Shown here: piece by piece, positions 29,313-38,875 of the stretch
Numbering within the stretch: the first letter of the stretch is position 1
How the letters are laid out: each line of letters opens with the position of its first letter
Source of the DNA: Candidatus Hydrogenedentota bacterium
GTDB lineage: Bacteria; Hydrogenedentota; Hydrogenedentia; Hydrogenedentales; SLHB01
Assembly: GCA_045863295.1 (NCBI GenBank)
Contig: BTWA01000010.1
Span: 1 to 64,000 of the forward strand
Direction: 5' to 3'
Length of the DNA: 64,000 nucleotides
Made by a program: the position numbers and the translations under genes
The notes under the pieces: model-generated
What the model saw: only the letters and a program-made list of their open reading frames with translations
The model's database searches: none
What the model was told of the DNA's origin: nothing

Positions 29313-31633
29313 AGTATCACTTTTGTCCCGCACCGTTGGCGTTACTGTTTGTGTTCGTTTCCATATCCCATGCCGAAGGCACGGCCCTGACCGTGGGTTC
29401 CTATTTGCAGGAGGTCCATGTGCCGTATACCGCAGAAGACGGATTGCCTGCGGGAGCCGTGAAGGCAATTGCCATCTCCGCATCAGGCACTGTATATGCC
29501 GGCACCGACGAGGGCCTTGCTCGATTTTCCGACGGCCAATGGATACGAATCGATGGCATCGGCGCTATCAGCCACATTGCCCTATGGGAAGAGACCTTGT
29601 TCGCCGTTTCGGGCGATGTAACTTATTGCAGAGAGGGCGATAAGTTCTCCCGAGTCGCCGAAACCAGTGGTGGCGTGGGCGCTCTGGAGGCAGTGACCGG
29701 GAATTTGGGCGTCTGGATAGGGATTTCCGCGGGGCTTGTTCGTGCCTTAGGGTTGCCTGTCGAGCCGATGGGGAGGCTGAACAGTGTGATGGGCGAGGGG
29801 GCAAACGTGCGAGGAATTGCCACGTACCAGGACGAATTGGCGGTCGCCGCGGAATCCGGCTTATTTGCGGGCACACTGGAGTCTTGGTCGTCCGTGTACC
29901 CGCAAGACGGCGTCGACCGGTGGGCGCCCATGGATGTTCGCGCTGTGGCGTATGACAGTCAAGGTCAATTGTGGTTTGCCGCCCCGCAGGGAGTAGGTTG
30001 CCGACATGGCGATAGCACATGGTCGCTTTACACCGGAGCGGACGGATTGCCGTACAACGATTTCACCTGCATGGCCGCGGGGGCAGACGGATCGGTTTGG
30101 TTTGGCACAACCCGAGGCGCTATTCAGTTTAAGAACGGCGTCTGGGGGTACCGTCAAGGGCGTCGCTGGTTGTTGGACGACGAGGTGCGGGACATTGCGG
30201 TAGCGCCCAATGGGGATGCGTGGATCGCCACGGCAAAGGGCGTATCACGTATAGAAGCGCGGCCCATGACGCTATCGGAGAAGGCGGCTTTTTACGAATC
30301 GGAAATTGATAGGTATCACAAACGCACGCCGTACGGGTATGTGTTGAACGCCGGCCTCAAAGAACCGGGAGACAAGGCCTCGGCCCAAGTCAGTGCGACG
30401 GACAACGATGGGCAGTACACCGGACTCTACGCCGGGGCGGAATGTTTGGCATACGGAGCGACCCGTGATCCCGAATTCAAGAAGCGGGCCACGGCAGCAT
30501 TCGAGGCGTTGGCGTTTCTCAGCGAAGTGACGCAAGGGGGCGAACATCCCGCGCCGCCGGGTTTTGTCGCCCGGGCGATCATGCCGACCGACGGGCCAAA
30601 TCCGAACGACCACAACACGCCGGAGCGCGATAGGGAAAAGCAGCAGGGCGACAAGCTGTGGAAGGTGATCGTGCCCCGCTGGCCCACGAGCGCGGATGGC
30701 AAATGGTACTGGAAATCCGACACAAGTTCCGATGAACTGGATGGGCACTTCTTTGCGTATGCCTTGTATTTCGACCACGTGGCCGAGACCGATGCGGAGA
30801 AAGCGCGCGTGCGGGAAGTCGTGCGGCGCGTCACCGATCATTTGATCGATCACGATTTTCAACTGGTGGATCATGACGGGCTGCCCACGCGATGGGCGCG
30901 GTTTGGCCCTCAGGATCTGAACAAGGATCCGGACTGGTGGGCGGGACGCGGCCTGAATTCAATGAGTATTCTCGCCTATTTGAGTATCGCGCATCACGTG
31001 ACCGGGGATGCCAAATACCGGGACTCCTACATGATGCTCGTGCGGGAACACGATTACGCCATGAATGCGACCATGGCCCCCAAATTGCAGAGCGGCCCGG
31101 GATCGTTTGTGCAATTCGATGACAAGATGGCGTTCATGAATTACTATCATCTGATTCAATACGAAACCGATCCCGTTTTGCTTCGGATGTGGTATACCTC
31201 GATTTTTTACTATTGGAACATCGAAAAGTATGAGATGAATCCGTTCTTCAATTTTGTGTACGCGGCGAACTGCGTGGGAAAGATACGCACCGACCAGTGG
31301 GGCGACCTGGACATGACACCGGTTTGGCCGTGGCTGGAACAAAGCGTGGATACCTTGAAGCGATATCCCGTCGACCTGGTGGATTGGAAATGCACCAACA
31401 GCGGCCGCATTGACCTGTTGCCACTGCCGGACCACGTACGCGAGCCGGGGGAGAACCAGGGTACCGGCTACCGCGTGAACGGACTGGTCCTTCCGATCGA
31501 CGAGCGGCAATCGCTTTCCTGGAGTGAGGATGTCTGGGAACTGGACACCGGCAGCGGTGGGCGGCGACTGCGAGACGGCGCCCCGTTCCTGTTGGCGTAC
31601 TACATGGGGTTGTACCACGGATTTATCCAGTAG
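29309..31633 (+). CDS. Secreted protein: ligand-binding beta-propeller (Reg_prop-like) + probable (alpha/alpha)6 barrel
   Basis: Signal peptide, DGLP..., DGSVWFGT, GDAWIATAKGVS; C-terminal DNDGQYTG, DTSSDELDGH; ATGA overlap. Confidence 0.75.
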   Translation: MKYHFCPAPLALLFVFVSISHAEGTALTVGSYLQEVHVPYTAEDGLPAGAVKAIAISASGTVYAGTDEGLARFSDGQWIRIDGIGAISHIALWEETLFAVSGDVTYCREGDKFSRVAETSGGVGALEAVTGNLGVWIGISAGLVRALGLPVEPMGRLNSVMGEGANVRGIATYQDELAVAAESGLFAGTLESWSSVYPQDGVDRWAPMDVRAVAYDSQGQLWFAAPQGVGCRHGDSTWSLYTGADGLPYNDFTCMAAGADGSVWFGTTRGAIQFKNGVWGYRQGRRWLLDDEVRDIAVAPNGDAWIATAKGVSRIEARPMTLSEKAAFYESEIDRYHKRTPYGYVLNAGLKEPGDKASAQVSATDNDGQYTGLYAGAECLAYGATRDPEFKKRATAAFEALAFLSEVTQGGEHPAPPGFVARAIMPTDGPNPNDHNTPERDREKQQGDKLWKVIVPRWPTSADGKWYWKSDTSSDELDGHFFAYALYFDHVAETDAEKARVREVVRRVTDHLIDHDFQLVDHDGLPTRWARFGPQDLNKDPDWWAGRGLNSMSILAYLSIAHHVTGDAKYRDSYMMLVREHDYAMNATMAPKLQSGPGSFVQFDDKMAFMNYYHLIQYETDPVLLRMWYTSIFYYWNIEKYEMNPFFNFVYAANCVGKIRTDQWGDLDMTPVWPWLEQSVDTLKRYPVDLVDWKCTNSGRIDLLPLPDHVREPGENQGTGYRVNGLVLPIDERQSLSWSEDVWELDTGSGGRRLRDGAPFLLAYYMGLYHGFIQ

Positions 31634-31682
31634 GATTTACGCCTGTGATCGGATGGACCGTGCCTCGCGAAGGGTGGGGTCA

Positions 31683-31711
31683 TTGCGGGATGTCTCTTTA
31701 TTCGCTAGACT
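31683..31711 (+). promoter_or_regulatory. Candidate sigma70 promoter for DUF1549/DUF1501 cluster 2
   Basis: TTGCGG-N17-TAGACT. Confidence 0.45.
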
Positions 31712-31744
31712 GTCCATTGCGGCCCATTTCAGGCCCTGGTGGTT

Positions 31745-34700
31745 ATGTTGATGATTCGGTGTTGGCGTTCATATTCTCACCTTTTGTTTCCGGCCGTTGC
31801 AGGCGCTGCCTGCCTTGCTGCCGGACTTGCGCCTCTTGCGTACGCGGAACCTCCATCGGTCTCGTACAACCGGGACATCCGGCCTATTCTCGCCGAGCAT
31901 TGCTTTCAGTGTCACGGGCAAGATGCGGCCGCGCGCAAGGCGGGGTTGAGAATCGACCACGCTGAGGGGGCAACCGCCGTACTGCCGACAGGACACCCCG
32001 CAATCGTACCTGGGGATCCGGGTGCGAGCGTGCTTTACCAGCGCGTGACTTCCGCGGACCCGGGGGAGCGAATGCCGCCATCCAAGTCCGGTGAGGCGCT
32101 ATCAAAGGCTGAAACTGATTTACTCGGCGCATGGATTGCCTCGGGCGCGCACTATGAGAAACATTGGGCGTACATCAAACCGGTGCGCCCGGCGGTGCCT
32201 GTGGTCAGAAATGCTGGTTGGATAAAGAACCCCATCGACGCTTTCGTGCTCGCCCGTCTGGAAGAGGGAGGCATTGCGCCGGCACCGGCCGCCGATCGCT
32301 ATACGCTGATGCGGAGGTTGAGCTACGACATTACCGGGTTGCCCCCGGCCGTGGAGGAGGTGGACGCCTTTGTCAACGATGCGCGTCCGGATGCGGTGGC
32401 CTGGGCGGTGGATCGGTTGTTGGCGAGTCCTCGCTACGGGGAACATATGGCCAGGTATTGGCTCGATCTCGCGCGATATGCGGATACAAACGGCTATCAT
32501 ATTGACACAAAGCGCTCCATGTGGCCTTATCGCGACTGGGTAATTAATGCACTTAATCACAATATGTCCTTCGATCGGTTCACCGTCGAGCAGATTGCCG
32601 GCGACCTGCTGCCTGATGCGACCCTTAGTCAGCGCATTGCGACCGGCTTTCACCGCAACACCATGTTTAACGAAGAAGGGGGCATCGATCCCGAGGAGTT
32701 CCGCACCAAGGCGGTTGTTGATCGGGTGAACACCACGATGACCGTTTGGATGGGCACTACGATGAGTTGCACGGAGTGCCACGATCACAAGTACGATCCA
32801 TTCACGCAGCGCGAGTTCTACCAACTCTATTCCTTTTTCAACAACGTGCCCGAGCTTGGCGGCGGCACCAACCAAAGCCAAATGCCCCAAGTGAGCTTGC
32901 CGCCCGATCCGACAATCCAGGCGGAGCTTGATGCCCTGGCCTCGGTGGTCGCGGATCTTGAGCGGCGTCATGAAGTTGAAGAAGCGAAGTTCAAAGCGGA
33001 CATTCCCGCATGGGAGATCGGAGCACGCAGCGCTGCAACTGCGTGGACCCTGCTTACCCCCGATCATGCGGAGTCCGTCAAGACGACGCCGCTGACACTC
33101 ATGGCTGACGGCTCCATCCTGGCGGGCGGCGATCGGCCGGATACCGACCTGTATACCCTGACCGCGCCCCTGCCCAGCGGAACAATTACGGGACTTGCGC
33201 TGGAAGTTATTCCCGATTCTTCGTTTCCCAACCAGGGACCGGGCCGATCGGACGACGGTTCATTCACGCTGAACGAGATCGAGGCCACTGCCGGTCAAAC
33301 TCGCTTCACGTTGTCCGATGCGCGGTCGGTTTTTGAAGACGCGGCATATCCGGCCGGCAACGCGGTGGACGGAAAGAAGGAAAGCAAGTCGGGTTGGTCC
33401 ACAGGTATTCATACAGGAAGGGGCGATTCGCTGGTATTGCGCGTGTCCCACGATGCCGCGATAGAAAGCGATTCCATCACGATTGTGTTGCGCCAGTCAC
33501 GTGGCGTGCATCTGCTGGGCCGGTTCCGGTTGTGGGTCACTTCTGAACCCGACGTGAACGCCTTGCCTGCGCCACACGTGATCGATGTACTGAACACGGA
33601 CGTGACGGCCCGAACCGAGGCCCACCTCACCGCATTGCTCGATTACTACCGGAGCCGGCAGACGGGCCATCTTGGGCCCCGGCTGGAGGCGCTGCGGGCG
33701 AAGCGTGCGGCATTGGAGGCTAAAGCGCCTGTTTCGCTGGTCATGGCGGAAATGGAAACTCCACGCGAAACGCACGTGCATATTCGCGGCAATTTTCTTG
33801 ATCCCGGTGAGCCGGTAAGCGCTGGTGTGCCCGCCGTACTGCATGCGATGGACGCGCCGGCAGACAGGTTGCCAAACCGGTTGGATCTTGCAAACTGGCT
33901 GGTCAGCCCACAGAATCCATTGACGGCTCGCGTGACGATGAACCGGCTATGGGATCAATTGTTCGGCCGGGGTCTGTTGGATACGGTCGAGGACTTCGGC
34001 ACGCGCAGCGCGCTGCCAAGCCATCCGGAATTGCTCGACTGGCTTGCCGTGGAATTCATGGAATCGGGATGGGATCTAAAAGCCATGACGCGGCTCATCG
34101 TTTCCTCCGCCACCTACCAGCAGTCGTCTGCCGTGGGCAGCGATGCATACGCACGCGATCCACACAACGTTCTCTTGGCGCGCGGTCCCCGGTTTCGACT
34201 GGACGCGGAGGCCATCCGCGACACGGCGCTTGCCGTGAGTGGTTTGTTATCACCGCGGATTGGCGGTCCCAGCGTGTTTCCGTATCAACCCCCTGGATTG
34301 TGGGAAGAGAAACTTTTGACGGGATACGAAATGGGCGTTTGGCCAACTACCTCGGGTGCCGATTTGTACAGGCGTGGTTTGTACACGTTTCGGCGGCGGT
34401 CGGTGCCCTATCCCACGTTTCAATCCTTTGACGCGCCGAGCTACGAATTCTGCGTGGCCAAACGCGCGCGTACGAACACGCCATTGCAGGCCTTGACTAC
34501 GCTGAATGATCCGCAGTTTGTCGAGGCGGCGCGTGTACTGGCCGAACGTCTGACCCGCGACACCGGCAAGACGGTGGAAGATCGCATTGCGCAGGCCATG
34601 CGGATGTGCCTGTCCCGGTTACCGGAGCCGCGCGAAATCGAGTACTTGAAAAAGGCCTACGACCGGCAGTCCGCGCGCTTTACCGCGGAACCCGCCGCCG

Positions 34701-34825
34701 CGGCCGCTCTTGTGGCCAATGGCCGCGCGCCACTGGACTCCACGTTGTCTGTTGCCGAACTGGCCGCATGGACCGTCGTGGCGAATGTGATTCTCAATCT
34801 CGACGAGACGATGACAAAGGGATGA
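31745..34825 (+). CDS. Planctomycete cytochrome c + DUF1549 + inserted beta-sandwich + DUF1553 protein
   Basis: CFQCHG, HWAY, WLDLARYADTNGY, CTECHDHKYDP, NPLTARV, PSHPELLDWLA, TNTPLQAL; exact start uncertain (31739-31751). Confidence 0.92.
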   Translation: MLMIRCWRSYSHLLFPAVAGAACLAAGLAPLAYAEPPSVSYNRDIRPILAEHCFQCHGQDAAARKAGLRIDHAEGATAVLPTGHPAIVPGDPGASVLYQRVTSADPGERMPPSKSGEALSKAETDLLGAWIASGAHYEKHWAYIKPVRPAVPVVRNAGWIKNPIDAFVLARLEEGGIAPAPAADRYTLMRRLSYDITGLPPAVEEVDAFVNDARPDAVAWAVDRLLASPRYGEHMARYWLDLARYADTNGYHIDTKRSMWPYRDWVINALNHNMSFDRFTVEQIAGDLLPDATLSQRIATGFHRNTMFNEEGGIDPEEFRTKAVVDRVNTTMTVWMGTTMSCTECHDHKYDPFTQREFYQLYSFFNNVPELGGGTNQSQMPQVSLPPDPTIQAELDALASVVADLERRHEVEEAKFKADIPAWEIGARSAATAWTLLTPDHAESVKTTPLTLMADGSILAGGDRPDTDLYTLTAPLPSGTITGLALEVIPDSSFPNQGPGRSDDGSFTLNEIEATAGQTRFTLSDARSVFEDAAYPAGNAVDGKKESKSGWSTGIHTGRGDSLVLRVSHDAAIESDSITIVLRQSRGVHLLGRFRLWVTSEPDVNALPAPHVIDVLNTDVTARTEAHLTALLDYYRSRQTGHLGPRLEALRAKRAALEAKAPVSLVMAEMETPRETHVHIRGNFLDPGEPVSAGVPAVLHAMDAPADRLPNRLDLANWLVSPQNPLTARVTMNRLWDQLFGRGLLDTVEDFGTRSALPSHPELLDWLAVEFMESGWDLKAMTRLIVSSATYQQSSAVGSDAYARDPHNVLLARGPRFRLDAEAIRDTALAVSGLLSPRIGGPSVFPYQPPGLWEEKLLTGYEMGVWPTTSGADLYRRGLYTFRRRSVPYPTFQSFDAPSYEFCVAKRARTNTPLQALTTLNDPQFVEAARVLAERLTRDTGKTVEDRIAQAMRMCLSRLPEPREIEYLKKAYDRQSARFTAEPAAAAALVANGRAPLDSTLSVAELAAWTVVANVILNLDETMTKG

Positions 34826-36252
34826 GCATGGACGTCGATCTGGCATATCGCAAGGCGATGACGCGGAGGCAATTCTTCGGCCGCACCGCCACGGGTATCG
34901 GCACCGCGGCGCTGGGCACGTTGCTGAGCCGGACCGTTTCAGCGGAACTGTCAGAAAAGTTGCCGCACTTTGCACCGAAGGCCAAGCAGGTAATCTACTT
35001 GTTCATGTCGGGCGGTCCTTCGCACGTCGATCTTTTCGACTACAAGCCGACGTTGACCAAACTTGACGGCCAGCCGGTGCCGGAATCGTTCATGAAACAG
35101 CGGTTTGCGTTTATCAAAGGGGTGCCCAACGTTGGCGCGCCGCGATGGAAATTCAGCGAGTGCGGCAGTAATGGGCTGACGGTCAGCGAATTGTTGCCGC
35201 ACATTGGCGGTATTGCCGATGAGATAGCCGTGATCCGGTCCATGCACACGGAACAATTCAATCACGATCCCGCCACCACGTATTTGAACAGTGGTTCTCC
35301 CCTCGCGGGGAGGCCGTGCATGGGCTCGTGGGCGAGTTACGGTTTGGGCAGCGAGAACAGCGACCTGCCCGCGTTCGTTGTACTCACATCGGGTATAGGC
35401 ACCCAGCCTTTGCAAACCCGATATTGGGGCAGCGGGTTTCTTCCGTCGGTGCACCAGGGCGTGCAATTCCGGTCACAGGGCGATCCGGTGCTTTTTGTTG
35501 GTAATCCCAAGGGCATGGAGGCCGCGGTCCGGCGAGAGACCATCGACGCGGTGAACATGCTCAACCAATGGCACTACGAATCCGTGGGCGATCCCGAGAT
35601 CGCGACGCGTATCGAAGCATTTGAGCTGGCGTACCGCATGCAAACCAGTGTGCCTGAGTTAATGGATATCGCCTCAGAGCCAGACAACGTGCGCGAAATG
35701 TATGGCGTGGAGCCCGGCAAGGTTTCATTCGCCAACAATTGCCTGCTTGCCCGTCGGCTCGTGGAGCGGGGCGTGCGGTTCATTCAACTGTTTCACGTGG
35801 GATGGGATCACCATGGGGGCGGCGATCTGCAAAACCTTATCACCAAACTGCCCTCTACCTGCAAGGAAATTGATCGCCCCGCGGCCGCTTTGGTCATGGA
35901 CCTGAAACAGCGGGGATTGCTCGACGAAACCCTCGTTATCTGGGGTGGTGAGTTTGGGCGTACTCCGATGGTGCAGGGCACGCCTACAGCCGAATCCATG
36001 GGGCGCGATCACAATCCGCGCGCCTTCACGATGTGGATGGCCGGCGGTGGCATCAAGGCGGGTTGTGTGCACGGCCAGACCGACGATTTTGGCTACGAGG
36101 TCGTGGAGAATCCGGTTCACGTGCACGATTTTCAGGCCACGGCCCTGCACTGCCTGGGCATCGATCACAAACGCCTGACCTATCGTTTCCAGGGCCGGGA
36201 TTTCCGCCTGACCGACGTGTTCGGCAATGTGGTACCGGAAATCCTGGCTTAA
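34822..36252 (+). CDS. DUF1501 family protein, Tat-exported (copy 2)
   Basis: TRRQFFG, GGPSHVDLFDYKP, WDHH, GEFGRTP, GRDHNP; ATGA overlap. Confidence 0.93.
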   Translation: MSMDVDLAYRKAMTRRQFFGRTATGIGTAALGTLLSRTVSAELSEKLPHFAPKAKQVIYLFMSGGPSHVDLFDYKPTLTKLDGQPVPESFMKQRFAFIKGVPNVGAPRWKFSECGSNGLTVSELLPHIGGIADEIAVIRSMHTEQFNHDPATTYLNSGSPLAGRPCMGSWASYGLGSENSDLPAFVVLTSGIGTQPLQTRYWGSGFLPSVHQGVQFRSQGDPVLFVGNPKGMEAAVRRETIDAVNMLNQWHYESVGDPEIATRIEAFELAYRMQTSVPELMDIASEPDNVREMYGVEPGKVSFANNCLLARRLVERGVRFIQLFHVGWDHHGGGDLQNLITKLPSTCKEIDRPAAALVMDLKQRGLLDETLVIWGGEFGRTPMVQGTPTAESMGRDHNPRAFTMWMAGGGIKAGCVHGQTDDFGYEVVENPVHVHDFQATALHCLGIDHKRLTYRFQGRDFRLTDVFGNVVPEILA

Positions 36253-36284
36253 CATCGTCTGCCGCATTCCAGGGAGATTTGTGG

Positions 36285-37079
36285 ATGTCCTTAGCCATCG
36301 AGACCCATGGACTGACCAAGACCTTTGGCGATTTTCGTGCGGTAGATTCGGTTGATTTGTCGGTGGAGCGAGGCACGTTCTACGGATTCCTCGGACCCAA
36401 CGGCGCGGGAAAATCGACCACCATCAAAATGCTCACGGGGTTGTTGGCGCCGTCGCGTGGACACATTACTCTGCTCGGAACGGATTTTGCCAGGGAACCC
36501 TTAGCTGCAAAAAAGCGTATTGGCGTTGTGCCGGAAGATTTGTGTCTCTTCGAGAATCTGACCGGCCGGGAGTACCTGACGTTCATTGGCCGCATGTATC
36601 TGATGGAACGAGCCACGATTCGATCGCGCACGAACGAGCTGCTGGCGCTCATGGGTCTTGCGGACAGCGAGAAGACGCTGGTGATGGAATACTCGCACGG
36701 CATGAAGAAGAAATTGTCCCTGGCGGCGGCCATTCTGCATGACCCTGAATTGTTGTTTCTCGACGAGCCATTTGAAGGTATCGACGCGATTGCGTCACGC
36801 ACAATCCGGACCGTGCTCGACCGGCTGGTGCAGCGTGGGGCAACCATCTTTCTAACGTCGCATATTCTGGAGATAGTCGAGAAACTGTGCACGCACGTAG
36901 GCATCATTCAGAAAGGCAGGCTTGTGTCGCAGGGATCGCTCATGGAGTTGTCGCACGGCGGATCGCTGGAGCAGGCATTTGTTCATGCGGTTGGCGAGCA
37001 CGAGGCCAACCCCGTAACCCTATCGTGGCTTGCACCCCAAGCACCGCCTCCGATTCCTGATGCGGCGGCGGCGGAATAG
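36285..37079 (+). CDS. ABC-2 type transporter ATP-binding protein
   Basis: GPNGAGKST, YSHGMKK signature, LFLDEP, LTSH. Confidence 0.95.
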   Translation: MSLAIETHGLTKTFGDFRAVDSVDLSVERGTFYGFLGPNGAGKSTTIKMLTGLLAPSRGHITLLGTDFAREPLAAKKRIGVVPEDLCLFENLTGREYLTFIGRMYLMERATIRSRTNELLALMGLADSEKTLVMEYSHGMKKKLSLAAAILHDPELLFLDEPFEGIDAIASRTIRTVLDRLVQRGATIFLTSHILEIVEKLCTHVGIIQKGRLVSQGSLMELSHGGSLEQAFVHAVGEHEANPVTLSWLAPQAPPPIPDAAAAE

Positions 37080-37085
37080 CCCGCC

Positions 37086-38816
37086 ATGCGCGAACAACTG
37101 GCTGCACTCTTTCGCCTGAAATGGACTATTTTTCGCCACGAAACGACCAAGGGGTTGCAGTTTCTCGGCGCTCTTGCCACGGGGTTGGTGGCCTTTTGCG
37201 TGGGCGGACTGGCGCTGGTCTTCTTTGCCGCAGGCATTGCACTTGGCGCCAGCGGAGTGCACGAGAAGGCACCCTGGGTGGTCATGTTCGTCGTGGATTG
37301 CGCCACGTTCATCTTCTTGCTAATGTGGATCATCGGTTCGATGCAGGAAGTCCAGAATCAATCGTTCATGGATTTGGGCAAAATGCTCTACCTGCCTGTC
37401 CCGCTCCGCATGGTTTATTTCATGAATCTTCTTTTCGCCTTCCTGCATCCGCTCAGCTTTCTGTTCCTGGCGCCGTCGATCGGGTTGTGTCTGGGATTGG
37501 CATACTCAAAGGGGCTTGTCTCCCTGATTGGCATTCCCGTCATGATGGTGTACTTCGCGGCACTATTGACGTGGCGGCAATACGCTTTCGATTGCGTCTC
37601 GGCCATGTCCAAGCGGGGTGTGCAGCGCCTTATGATCGTCTTCAGTCTGGTCTCGGTGTTGCCCTCCATCGTGTATTTCGGCATCCTCGGCACGGGATCG
37701 TCGTTACACGAAAAGCTGGAAGCGCTGGGGAATGTACTCGCCGGATCCAAGGCTTCGTCTGCCAGTACTACTCTCGAAGGGGGGCTCGCCGCACTAAACG
37801 CCATTGTTCCCTTTGGCTGGCATGCCTTCGGCATGTACGCCCTCGTGACGGACAATTTTATAGGCGTCGGATTGGTCATTGCCGGGCTGCTCCTGGTTGC
37901 GGCGGCCGGCGGGACTCTTGGATTCAGGGCAACGCTCGCACGATTCCGGGGTGTTCCTGATGCGGGCAAGCGATTGGAGATTTCGCGCGCGGCGCAGGCC
38001 CCCAGGCGAGACCTCTTGGTCGAAAGGCAGATACCGCTGTTTGGAAACGACACCTCGGCCATGTTTCTGACATCGATGCTGCGAAACGCCCGAACGCAAC
38101 AGATGCAACTCGCAGTGGTCATAACCACGGTGCTGATACTCATGTTCGCCGGGTTTGCGATGTACAGAGGCTTCCGTCCTCCGGAAAAGCTTGGCGGCTT
38201 CCTGCGCAGTGCTCCCCTGATCATGATGATCTACCCCATGATTGCCATGCAGTTCTATTCTCTTAATTTATTCGGCACGGATCATAACGGATTCCGATCG
38301 CTCATCCTGCTGCCCACCCGCCGCCGGAAATATTTTCTCGCGCGCAATCTGGCGCTACTGCCGTTTACATACGGACAAATGGCCTTTGGTGCAATTGTAT
38401 GCGTCTCGCTGTTAAGAACAGGGTTCGTCTCTTTAGTGATGGCACTTCTCATGGGATTGCAGCTTTTCGTGAGCCTGTCCATCGTGGGCAATCTCGTATC
38501 CTGTTATCTGCCGTTTCGAATCAATACCTCCGGTATGGGCGGAGCCCAGACTCAGCCGTACATCGCCCTATTATCGGCCCTTGTGTTCATGCTCGTGTTT
38601 CCATTCTTGCTCCTTCCCATGGGACTTGTAAGCGTGATGGACAGTGCCGGGCGCTTCATACCGGGATTTGAAAGGTGGCCGTTGGGCCTCCTGGCCTCCG
38701 TGGGGCTGCTGGCCGCTACCTGCGGCGCCTACTACGCTTCGCTCGGGCTTTACGAGCGCATCTTGATGGAACGGGAACCACGGATACTCGACGCGCTGGT
38801 AAAGGATAAGAAATGA
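37086..38816 (+). CDS. Putative ABC exporter permease (about 12 TM)
   Basis: Many hydrophobic helices in two halves, NLFGTD..G...LILLP motif; adjacent to the ATPase. Confidence 0.8.
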   Translation: MREQLAALFRLKWTIFRHETTKGLQFLGALATGLVAFCVGGLALVFFAAGIALGASGVHEKAPWVVMFVVDCATFIFLLMWIIGSMQEVQNQSFMDLGKMLYLPVPLRMVYFMNLLFAFLHPLSFLFLAPSIGLCLGLAYSKGLVSLIGIPVMMVYFAALLTWRQYAFDCVSAMSKRGVQRLMIVFSLVSVLPSIVYFGILGTGSSLHEKLEALGNVLAGSKASSASTTLEGGLAALNAIVPFGWHAFGMYALVTDNFIGVGLVIAGLLLVAAAGGTLGFRATLARFRGVPDAGKRLEISRAAQAPRRDLLVERQIPLFGNDTSAMFLTSMLRNARTQQMQLAVVITTVLILMFAGFAMYRGFRPPEKLGGFLRSAPLIMMIYPMIAMQFYSLNLFGTDHNGFRSLILLPTRRRKYFLARNLALLPFTYGQMAFGAIVCVSLLRTGFVSLVMALLMGLQLFVSLSIVGNLVSCYLPFRINTSGMGGAQTQPYIALLSALVFMLVFPFLLLPMGLVSVMDSAGRFIPGFERWPLGLLASVGLLAATCGAYYASLGLYERILMEREPRILDALVKDKK

Positions 38817-38875
38817 CGTGTCCCCGAGCGACCCTCGTACTTTTCCCGTGGTCCGCCGTGTCCTATAATGGGGTC

